Made by a program: the position numbers and the translations under genes. DNA of 25,289 nucleotides, taken from Candidatus Aenigmatarchaeota archaeon (lineage in GTDB: Archaea; EX4484-52). Positions 1-7,774 of this stretch are shown one piece after another. The stretch spans positions 1 through 25,289 of the forward strand of contig JAGLPV010000034.1 of assembly GCA_023137195.1 (NCBI GenBank), given 5' to 3'. The stretch's first letter is position 1, and the number at the start of each line of letters is the position of its first letter. A model generated the notes under the pieces. That model searched no databases, was not told where the DNA came from, and saw only the letters and a list, made by a program, of their open reading frames with translations.

Positions 1-121
1 GATTACATAGATTTCCACGAGATTTAAAGATAAATTCAAACTGAATTATCTTGTGTTAATCGCAATAATCTTGTGGATTTCAACGGTTCTGTGCATTCTT
101 GTGTCTTCTTGTGGATAAATA
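1..121. repeat. REP/MITE-like imperfect palindromic repeat, truncated by the window edge
   Basis: 1-23 (GATTAcataGATTtcCACgAGAT) is an imperfect reverse complement of 48-70 (ATCTTGTGttAATCgcaaTAATC). 87-121 has a (C)TTGTG unit with about 10-bp periodicity and ends in TGTGGATAAATA, identical to 13433-13444. Confidence 0.65.
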
Positions 122-157
122 CAAATATTCTTTTAATATTCCTCTACTTATCCCCCT

Positions 158-2068
158 ATGAAAAAAGTAGAACTTCTGCTTCCCGCAGGAAATATGGATT
201 GTCTTAGAGCCGCAGTAAACAATGGCGCTGATGCGGTTTACTTGGGCTTAGACAGATTCAATGCAAGAAAATCTGCCGAAAATTTCAATGAAAATAACAT
301 ATTCGGAGTTGTGCAATACTGCCATAAAAGAAAGGTCGAAGTATATATTACGCTCAATATTCTTGTCAAAAACAAAGAAATAGAGGAATATTTCTATGCT
401 GCAAATGTTGCCTATTCTGCCGGCGTTGATGCAATAATAATACAGGATTTTTGCATGATTCCGTTGCTAAAAAAGAATTTTCCAAAACTAAAAATCCATC
501 TTTCAACACAGGCAAATACACACAATAGTTATTCTGTTCCTGATGGAGTAGATAGAGTTGTACTTGCAAGAGAACTCCCTTTTGAGGATATAAAAAAAAT
601 ATCATCAAAATTCGAGACAGAAATCTTTGTTCACGGTGCTTTGTGCTTTTCTTACAGCGGCATGTGTCTTTTCTCTTCAATTGCAGGCAGAAGGAGTGGG
701 AATAGGGGTCTTTGCGCTCAGCCATGTCGAATGATGTACAACAACAAATATCTTTTGAGCACTATGGATTTATGCCTTCTTGAAAAAATTCCGGAACTAA
801 TAGAGGCAGGAGTTTCTTCCCTTAAAGTAGAAGGAAGAATGAGAAATCCTTTATATGTTGCAACAGTCGCAAGAATATACAAAAAATACATCAATGCGCA
901 TTACAATAAAAAATTCAGAATTGAGGAAAAAGACATTCTTGAATTAAAAATCGCATACAACAGGGAATTTACATTTGGATTTGGTTTTACCGAATCAATA
1001 ATCGATTCCAGAAAGCCCATGAAAAGAGGCGTGTTTATGGGTGTTTTCGAAAAGGGAAAACTTGAACTGAAAGAACCTTTGAAAATCGGGGACGGTATAG
1101 GAATATGGACAAAAAATAAGGTCCTTGGATATACGGTAAACCACATCAAAAAAGAGGGCAAGTGTATTACAGAAGCATTCCGTGGAGATATTATTCAAAT
1201 AGACACAAAAGGGGCGGGAGACAAAGATGCAGTTTACAAGACTTCTTCTGTCGATTCCAAATATAATCTGGGCGAAGAAGTAAAACGCATTGAACCAAAA
1301 ATAAAGCCATTTACATTTTCTTTCCCGAAAATCAAGAGTTATTCAAACGAGGATGGATTTGAAATTTTTGCAAAAGTATACAGCAAAAAAGAGGCAATAA
1401 AAGCAGACAACGCAGGAGCAAATAGAATATACTATGATGTATTAAACGAAGACTGTGCAGAGGTCAAAAAGTTAATGAAAAATGCCAGCTTTTTTTTATC
1501 CACTCCGCGAATAATCATAGATTCACAGATGAAAGACATTGCAGAAAAAATAGATAAAATAAACCCGGATGGAGTTCTGGTCTCAAACAGGGGCTTGCTT
1601 GGTTTTGTGAAAAAATACATCGTTCATCTGGATTATTCTTTTAATTGTTTCAATGATATAGATGTAGACTATTATTCTAATTTCACACCGATAATTTCCC
1701 CGGAATTAAATTTTTATGAAACACGGGCTTTTAAAAACAAGAATTTTATCGTGATGATTCATGGGGATATTGTTTTGATGAACAGCAGGCAGAAGCTAAA
1801 AGCACCTGAATTAATAGATAAGGATGAAAGGCATTTTAGAGTAAGGCGAAATAATAATATAACGCAAATATTGAATTCATCGCAACTTGGACTTTTCAAC
1901 ATGGCAAAAAGATATTTAGATATTGGCATAAGATATTTTTACATTGATCTGGAAAAAGATTCAGGCAAATACATACGCGTCTACAAAGAGATTTTTACTT
2001 CAGAGGATTTTTATGACAGGAAACTCAAAAAAGGATACACGACCGGTCATTTTGACCGAGGGGTTTGA
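158..2068 (+). CDS. U32 family ('peptidase') Fe-S protein, long RlhA/TrhP-like type; probable RNA hydroxylation factor
   Basis: N-terminal ELLLPAG and GADAVYLG; cluster motif HGALCFSYSGMC...SGNRGLCAQPCR; LKVEGRMR; degenerate second barrel; C-terminal YTTGHFDRGV. Confidence 0.85.
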   Translation: MKKVELLLPAGNMDCLRAAVNNGADAVYLGLDRFNARKSAENFNENNIFGVVQYCHKRKVEVYITLNILVKNKEIEEYFYAANVAYSAGVDAIIIQDFCMIPLLKKNFPKLKIHLSTQANTHNSYSVPDGVDRVVLARELPFEDIKKISSKFETEIFVHGALCFSYSGMCLFSSIAGRRSGNRGLCAQPCRMMYNNKYLLSTMDLCLLEKIPELIEAGVSSLKVEGRMRNPLYVATVARIYKKYINAHYNKKFRIEEKDILELKIAYNREFTFGFGFTESIIDSRKPMKRGVFMGVFEKGKLELKEPLKIGDGIGIWTKNKVLGYTVNHIKKEGKCITEAFRGDIIQIDTKGAGDKDAVYKTSSVDSKYNLGEEVKRIEPKIKPFTFSFPKIKSYSNEDGFEIFAKVYSKKEAIKADNAGANRIYYDVLNEDCAEVKKLMKNASFFLSTPRIIIDSQMKDIAEKIDKINPDGVLVSNRGLLGFVKKYIVHLDYSFNCFNDIDVDYYSNFTPIISPELNFYETRAFKNKNFIVMIHGDIVLMNSRQKLKAPELIDKDERHFRVRRNNNITQILNSSQLGLFNMAKRYLDIGIRYFYIDLEKDSGKYIRVYKEIFTSEDFYDRKLKKGYTTGHFDRGV

Positions 2069-2070
2069 TA

Positions 2071-2694
2071 TTATTTGAAGTTGATGTAAGGCAATCCTGC
2101 CGCAGTTTCTTTAATTTTCTCTTCATTCTTCTGTAAAATTGCCATTGCATCCCAAAGACCATTCAAAAAAGCCTGCCTTCTTCCTTCAAGCATGTCAAAC
2201 TCAACAACATGTTCACCATATCGGATAACTTTTTGGGCAAGGTCTATATCAAATTCGGTTGATGGATTTTGTTTAACATACTCTGCCAATTGAGTTATTT
2301 TTTCAGTAGGCACGATTATTCCGACCAGACCTAAACTTGCGCAATTGCCTGCAAAAATCTCTGCAAAACTCCCGGCGATTACAGCATTAATTCCAAACCT
2401 GTGCAATGCCTGGGGTGCGTGCTCTCTTGAAGAACCGCAGCCATAATTGGCACCGGCAATAAGTATTGTCGCCCCCTTATATTTTTCATCATTCATGGGA
2501 TGTTCTTCTACAGTTTCTCCTTCTTTGAATCTTTCATCAAAATACAAATACTCTCCCATTTTTTTGAATGTGATTTCTTTCATGTATCGGGCAGGAAGTA
2601 TATCATCTGTATTTTGATCATTTGCAGGTTTTGGTATAGCGATTCCTTTTATATTGGTTATGACCTTTTCAGGTATTTTAAATTCGTCCATCAT
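2071..2694 (-). CDS. leuD: 3-isopropylmalate dehydratase small subunit
   Basis: NTDDILPARY, NYGCGSSREHAPQAL and SFAEIFAGNC motifs; GGAGGAGG SD; overlaps the leuC stop. Confidence 0.95.
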   Translation of the reverse strand: MMDEFKIPEKVITNIKGIAIPKPANDQNTDDILPARYMKEITFKKMGEYLYFDERFKEGETVEEHPMNDEKYKGATILIAGANYGCGSSREHAPQALHRFGINAVIAGSFAEIFAGNCASLGLVGIIVPTEKITQLAEYVKQNPSTEFDIDLAQKVIRYGEHVVEFDMLEGRRQAFLNGLWDAMAILQKNEEKIKETAAGLPYINFK

Positions 2695-4100
2695 AATGAT
2701 TCCTCCTCCAGATATTTTCTTGGGTCGGTTATTTTTCCCTCTATCGCTGTGGCGGCAGCCGTAATCGGACTCATCAAATGCGTCCTTCCTATTGGACTTC
2801 CTTGTCTGCCTTTGAAATTCCTGTTCGATGTAGATGCACTTCTTTGAGTTCCCTCTAATTTATCTGGGTTCATTCCAAGACACATAGAGCATCCTGGGTG
2901 TCTCCACTCTGCTCCCGCATCCACAAATATCTTGTCTAATCCTATTTGTTCAGCATGGCGTTTGACAGCTTCAGAACCAGGCACAACCAAAGTTTTTACA
3001 GAAACCTTTTTGCCTTTTAAAATCTTTGCAGTGGCTTCCAAATCGCTTAATCTTCCATTGGTGCAGGAACCAATAAATACAACATCAACAGGAGTTCCCT
3101 GTACTTCTATTCCTCCTTCCAGTCCGATGTATTCCAAAGCATCCTCTGCTTCTTCTTTTTTTTTATCTGTAAAATCATCGGGTTCGGGTATTTTTTCATC
3201 AATTGCGATTGCCTGTCCAGGGTTCACACCCCATGTAACCATTGGCTTTACTTGTGAAACATCAATGCTCAATATATCATCGTACTCTGCATCTTCGTCT
3301 GATGCAATAGATTCCCAGTATTCTACAGCTTTTTCAAAATCCTCTTTTGGAGCATAATGTTTGTCTTTCAAATATTGGAAAGTTGTTTTGTCCGGGTTTA
3401 CATATCCTGAACGAGCGCCTCCCTCTACTACAAGATTGCATAAAGTCATTCGCTCTTCCATGCTCATGTTGTCAACTACATCTCCGCTAAATTCATATGC
3501 AAAGCCAACTCCTCCTTCAACACCTGTTTTTTTAATCATATAAAGAGCTAAATCCTTTGCAGTAACTCCTTCCGAAAGAATTCCGTTAAATTTTACGCAT
3601 CTTACTTTCAACTTGTCCATTGCCATAGTCTGTGTTGCAAGAACGTGGCTAACCTGTGTTGTTCCAATGCCAAATGCAAGCACTCCAAAAGCACCGTAAG
3701 TGCAGGTATGACTGTCGCCGCATACAACTAATTGACCGGGACATATCAATCCCAGTTCAGGATATATAACATGACACACGCCCTGCTTTCCTGAGTCCGA
3801 ACCAAAATAAGTTATGCCAAATTCTTTTGTATTATCTTCAATTGTTTTTGTCATCAATTCCGCCTGTTCATCCTTAAATGGTCTTGAACAATCATCTGTA
3901 GGAATGACATGGTCTGTTACTGCAAATGTAAGTTCCGGATGCTTTGCATTAAGCCCTCTTTCCCTTAACATTTCAAATGCCTGCGGACTTGTAACTTCGT
4001 GCATCATGTGCCTGCCTACAAATATCTGAGTCTGTCCTGTCGGTAATTTCCCGACAATATGGTTTTCCCAGATTTTGTCATATAAAGTTCCTTTGGACAT
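2691..4100 (-). CDS. leuC: 3-isopropylmalate dehydratase large subunit (bacterial type)
   Basis: TLYDKIW, HEVTSPQAF, GDSHT, IGSCTNGR, PGCSMCLGMNPD and STSNRNFKGRQG motifs. Start moved from the track's TTG at 4133 to ATG 4100, which follows an AAGGAGG SD. Confidence 0.97.
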   Translation of the reverse strand: MSKGTLYDKIWENHIVGKLPTGQTQIFVGRHMMHEVTSPQAFEMLRERGLNAKHPELTFAVTDHVIPTDDCSRPFKDEQAELMTKTIEDNTKEFGITYFGSDSGKQGVCHVIYPELGLICPGQLVVCGDSHTCTYGAFGVLAFGIGTTQVSHVLATQTMAMDKLKVRCVKFNGILSEGVTAKDLALYMIKKTGVEGGVGFAYEFSGDVVDNMSMEERMTLCNLVVEGGARSGYVNPDKTTFQYLKDKHYAPKEDFEKAVEYWESIASDEDAEYDDILSIDVSQVKPMVTWGVNPGQAIAIDEKIPEPDDFTDKKKEEAEDALEYIGLEGGIEVQGTPVDVVFIGSCTNGRLSDLEATAKILKGKKVSVKTLVVPGSEAVKRHAEQIGLDKIFVDAGAEWRHPGCSMCLGMNPDKLEGTQRSASTSNRNFKGRQGSPIGRTHLMSPITAAATAIEGKITDPRKYLEEESL

Positions 4101-4101
4101 T

Positions 4102-5196
4102 TTATGCCTCCTTAACGTAATTGCAAGCTGCATCGGTTAATTGGTCAAGGGTTTTCTCTTTGTATTGCGGATTTCTTACATTTTCAAGCGCAGCATTTTT
4201 TATCGCCTCAGCTGCTTTTACCTCGCCAACCTGCTCAAGCAACATTGCATAAGACAAAAACGCAGCTTCCGGCTTTACCTGCTGGATTAAAGATGCGTCG
4301 TATTTCCCGTCAGCACCATACCATTTGTCCGGAGCAGTCCCGTGGATTGGTTCAAACATTGAAGGAAAGCTTCCTGTTGGATTTATATTTCCTGACACTG
4401 CTGTTCCGATACCCCCTTGTATAATAGCACCTGCATCTGTTGCAATATCCCCGAACATGTTTTCTGTCAATACAACATCAAACTGTTTTGGGTTAATAAG
4501 CATCTGCATAAGGAAATTGTCAATGTGCATGTATCTTACATCAATATCCGTCCTGTTTTTATATTCTTCAAAAACCCTTTGCCATGGACTTGCGGCATAT
4601 ACCAGGACATTTGTCTTGAACACAAAATGCATCACCGGCTTGTCTGCTTTTTTTCTTTCAACTGCTCGCTTTAGGGCAAATTCAGCTAATCTCTTTACGC
4701 CTTTGTATGTGCATTTCATTATCTGATATCCTGCTTCTTCATCCGTCCCTTTTTTTTCAATCCATCCGGCATCAACATAAAGTCCTTCTGAATTTTCCCT
4801 GCATATCTCGAAATTGATATCTTTGGCTGTTTTTCCAACTATTACAGAAGGAACACCGTCCGGCAAAATTACCGGTCTTAAGTTAACATACTGGTCAAAT
4901 GCCTGCCTTAGTTTCAGCAATATCCCGACTTCCAATATTCCCGGCTTAATTTTTCCCGGGTCGCCGATAGCTCCAAGAAAAATCTGGTCGTATTTTTTTA
5001 GCTCGTCAAGTTCTTTTTGACCAAGCTCTTTCATGTCGTGCTTTATGAAATAATCAGCATTATAATCAAAGCGTGTGTGCTGAATTGGTCTTGTTAACTT
5101 GTTTTCTGCGGCTTTTACAACTTTCAATGCGGCATCTGTAACTGTTATCCCGTTAAGGTCCCCTGGGAGTACTGCAATGTTGTGATAATTTTCCAT
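4102..5196 (-). CDS. leuB: 3-isopropylmalate dehydrogenase
   Basis: [44 protein letters not shown] and [10 protein letters not shown] motifs; directly upstream of leuCD. Confidence 0.9.
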   Translation of the reverse strand: MENYHNIAVLPGDLNGITVTDAALKVVKAAENKLTRPIQHTRFDYNADYFIKHDMKELGQKELDELKKYDQIFLGAIGDPGKIKPGILEVGILLKLRQAFDQYVNLRPVILPDGVPSVIVGKTAKDINFEICRENSEGLYVDAGWIEKKGTDEEAGYQIMKCTYKGVKRLAEFALKRAVERKKADKPVMHFVFKTNVLVYAASPWQRVFEEYKNRTDIDVRYMHIDNFLMQMLINPKQFDVVLTENMFGDIATDAGAIIQGGIGTAVSGNINPTGSFPSMFEPIHGTAPDKWYGADGKYDASLIQQVKPEAAFLSYAMLLEQVGEVKAAEAIKNAALENVRNPQYKEKTLDQLTDAACNYVKEA

Positions 5197-5206
5197 ATTA
5201 TTTCGA

Positions 5207-5240
5207 GGAGGGTATTTTTTTATAGTTTTACATACCTCCC
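5207..5240 (-). promoter_or_regulatory. Imperfect inverted repeat enclosing a TATA-like box upstream of leuB
   Basis: Minus strand reads GGGAGGTAT-gtaaaacTATAAAAAa-ATACCCTCC. TATAAAAA (5224-5217) lies 20 nt before the leuB ATG. Confidence 0.5.
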
Positions 5241-5335
5241 ATATTCTCTCTGCAAATAAAAGTATAGATTACATGGTATCTTAAAAGCAATTTTGATTAC
5301 ACCAGAGAGGAAATAACGAATAATACAATCCTTTG

Positions 5336-5374
5336 TTATACAATAGTGAGCAGAACCAAGCGGAGTGAAAACAT
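5336..5374 (-). CDS. Putative BCAA-rich leader peptide MFSLRLVLLTIV (an in-frame upstream ATG at 5386 adds MGDV)
   Basis: ATG follows GGGAG. 7 of 12 codons are Leu/Val/Ile (4 Leu). It lies 140 nt upstream of leuB on the same strand. Confidence 0.55.
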   Translation of the reverse strand: MFSLRLVLLTIV

Positions 5375-5424
5375 AACATCTCCCATGCAACTAAAAGGAG
5401 GGGATGTGTATGACACCACCCCTA

Positions 5425-6252
5425 CTAGAAATAAATCTCAGAAAATTTGTTCATGAGCTCTTTTGTTGTTGAACCAACACCACCATCACCAATCTTTGTT
5501 TTATCTATTTGAACAACAGGAACAATCTTTTTTGTTGTGCCCGTGATAAACACTTCATCTGCTTTTTTCAGTTCATTAAGAGTAAGTATATCTTGAGATA
5601 CAGGGAAGCCAATATTTGTTGCCATTTCAGCAACTTTTAGTGCTGTTACGCCAGGTAAAACATTTTGTGATGGCGTTTTTATCTTTTTGTTTTTTATTGC
5701 AAATATATTAAAAGTACATCCCTCTCGGACAGTGCCATTTTCTTCTACAAAAAGTGCATCGTCATAGCCTCCTTTTTTGGCGTTCAAAAATGCAAGTACT
5801 GATGGCATAAAGCTCAAATTTTTTGTTTGTGGAAATACGCGAAGAGTATTAGTAGTTTGCAATTTTATTCCCTGCTCGTATTCTTGCTTATCTAAAAAAT
5901 CGATTTGGGAAGAAAAAATAATCAGATTTGGTTTACATGTTTCACTTGAGTAGATAGGAATATCCTTTTCTCCACGAGTAATTGTTATTCTTATACGTCC
6001 ATAGTTATGATTGTTTTTTTGGATTGTTTCCTCAATTAGATTAATCAATTCTTTTTTTGACCAGGGAATTTTTAGATATATTTGATTACAACCATCTAAC
6101 AATCTATTAATATGTTCTTCTAGCCAAAAAATTTGACCGTTGATTGCTGCAATAGTATCAAAAACACCATCTCCATAGAGTAAGCCGTGATCAAATACAG
6201 AAATCTTGGCTTCTTTTTCATTAACAAATTTTCCATTTATACAAACTATCAT
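5425..6252 (-). CDS. Class IV PLP-dependent aminotransferase (IlvE/D-amino-acid transaminase/PabC family), substrate uncertain
   Basis: DHGLLYGDGVF, EEHINRL, RITITRG, catalytic K in QTKNL, EG..FN, LPGVT and DEVFITGT motifs; AAGGTGA SD; TAG TAG double stop. Confidence 0.85.
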   Translation of the reverse strand: MIVCINGKFVNEKEAKISVFDHGLLYGDGVFDTIAAINGQIFWLEEHINRLLDGCNQIYLKIPWSKKELINLIEETIQKNNHNYGRIRITITRGEKDIPIYSSETCKPNLIIFSSQIDFLDKQEYEQGIKLQTTNTLRVFPQTKNLSFMPSVLAFLNAKKGGYDDALFVEENGTVREGCTFNIFAIKNKKIKTPSQNVLPGVTALKVAEMATNIGFPVSQDILTLNELKKADEVFITGTTKKIVPVVQIDKTKIGDGGVGSTTKELMNKFSEIYF

Positions 6253-6303
6253 ACTTATATTTCACCTTATGTAAAAAAAATAATCCAATGTATTTATATA
6301 ATT

Positions 6304-6648
6304 ATGGATAAAAAAATTCTCGTGTAGTATCCTACTATTATTGCATTATGAATTTAATATATATTTTTTAGCATCTATTTAGTCCCCTTTGAAAGTATAT
6401 CATTTTGTATCATCATTATAAAAAATTTGAATTGTGATGTGATTAAAAGAATTTAGTTCAATTTGGATGGAGAAACCTACAATGTTTTGTAGTCTTTTAA
6501 TTGCTTGTTATATTCTCCTGATGGATAAATTTTAGTGCAACGTCCCGAAGGAGAAAATTCAGAGTTCGAGTTTTGGCGTCTTAAAGACGAAGTCCAATCC
6601 AGTAACACATCAAAGACATATGATTTAGAAAATTTTAAAAGAATATAA
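6304..6648 (+). pseudogene. Possible decayed gene remnant
   Basis: One frame reads MDKKILV*...FNLDGETYNVL*SFNCLLYSPDG*ILVQRPEGENSEFEFWRLKDEVQSS...FKRI*, with 6 internal stops. It is protein-like only by eye. Confidence 0.25.
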
Positions 6649-6664
6649 TTCTAATTCTATTATT

Positions 6665-7342
6665 ATAGTAAAATACATAGATTTATCACATACATTTGAA
6701 GATAGAAGGCCTGGTTTTAAGATGAAAAATGAGGATGGATCATATACTCAATACACAGCAAAAATCCATCCATTCCTGACACATCAACAAACAAAACCAA
6801 AATTCCATGGTAAATGTTCTTTTGAGATTACAGAAATGACTTTTCAGACTTCAGTCGGGACATATTTGGATTCGCCATTCCATAGATATTCAAATGGCAG
6901 GGATATTAGTGAATTAAAAATTGAAGAGCTTATTTTAACCGAGATTGTAATTGATGTTAAAGGTGAATTTGAAGCAATAGGTCTAGATGCAATTCCAAAA
7001 AAAATTGATTTGAAAGGAAAGGCCGTTCTCTTCAATTTTAGATGGGATGAATATTGGGGGACTGAAAAGTACCAATCTTATCCATTTATCTCAAAAGAAG
7101 TAGTTGAATTTTTAATAAAATCAGGAGTTAAACTTGTGGGTGTGGATACTGTGAATATTGATAGTTCTAAAGATTTAACAATACCAGCACATAGCTTATT
7201 TTTGAAAAAAGAAATTTTTATTGTTGAAAATTTAACAAATGTAGATAAATTACAAGATAAAAAATTTACTTTTTTTGCTGTTCCGATTAAAGGGAAAAAG
7301 ATTGCAGCTATGCCAATCCGAGCCTACGCACAGGTCGAATAA
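6665..7342 (+). CDS. Cyclase / kynurenine-formamidase-like metal-dependent hydrolase; canonical start missing
   Basis: GTYLDSPFH, VGVDTVNID, AH..F, IVENLTN and PIRAYA motifs. The family N-terminal motif KYIDLSH lies in frame upstream of ATG 6722 and is preceded only by ATA/ATT codons. Confidence 0.8.
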   Translation: MVKYIDLSHTFEDRRPGFKMKNEDGSYTQYTAKIHPFLTHQQTKPKFHGKCSFEITEMTFQTSVGTYLDSPFHRYSNGRDISELKIEELILTEIVIDVKGEFEAIGLDAIPKKIDLKGKAVLFNFRWDEYWGTEKYQSYPFISKEVVEFLIKSGVKLVGVDTVNIDSSKDLTIPAHSLFLKKEIFIVENLTNVDKLQDKKFTFFAVPIKGKKIAAMPIRAYAQVE

Positions 7343-7372
7343 AACTCTCCTACACTTTCTACCTCCGGTTTG

Positions 7373-7395
7373 ACATTTACTAAATGTTCTTTTTT
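7373..7395 (+). terminator. Weak hairpin plus T-tract after the cyclase gene
   Basis: ACATTT-act-AAATGT followed by TCTTTTTT. Confidence 0.3.
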
Positions 7396-7521
7396 CACAA
7401 TTTTTACACAAGCAAATTTTTTGACGAAAAACAATAAAAACCACCAATATAATGTTTTTAATGTCATAAATAAAGTTCTGACATAAAATATACTTTATTT
7501 AGATACGAAAAAATTTTCATG

Positions 7522-7772
7522 TTGTGTCTAAATTGGCATACGAGATACAGTTTATACACAATAAAGAATTTGACAGTTAGACTTATGTCTTTATTCTTAA
7601 AATCATTGTGAAGAAACTTCTATTGATAATTAATGTAAGACTCTTTTATTGTTTTTTAATTGTTGTGCAAATTAAAGGGAAAGATTACAAAACATTAAAA
7701 GTAGTAATTGGCGTAAGACTCTTTTATTGTGTCTAAACTCCTATCTTGCGTACAAGTTTAGACACAATAAAA
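7522..7772. repeat. Cluster of inverted and direct repeats (MITE/IS-end-like remnant)
   Basis: Perfect 18-bp inverted repeat 7722-7739/7755-7772; degenerate copy in the opposite orientation at 7522-7575; exact 18-bp direct repeat GTAAGACTCTTTTATTGT at 7635-7652 and 7713-7730. Confidence 0.75.
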
Positions 7773-7774
7773 AA

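Noticed and set aside
110-118. TGTGGATAA is a perfect DnaA box (also at 13433-13441), suggesting oriC
   Set aside because: Both are ends of the dispersed palindromic repeat. There is no box cluster, DUE or dnaA, and the host looks archaeal.
5197-5424. T-box riboswitch upstream of leuB
   Set aside because: No AGGGTGGTACCGCG T-box consensus at the 3' end. The GGGTGGTG near 5421 is at the wrong end and lacks ACC, and there is no stem I pattern.
6304-6648. In-frame stops as evidence of stop-codon reassignment
   Set aside because: All three stop types occur here, and all three terminate conserved genes elsewhere in the window. Decay or non-coding sequence explains it better.
7635-7730. 18-bp direct repeats as a mini CRISPR array
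   Set aside because: Only two units, the repeat is too short, the spacer is 60 bp, and there are no cas genes.
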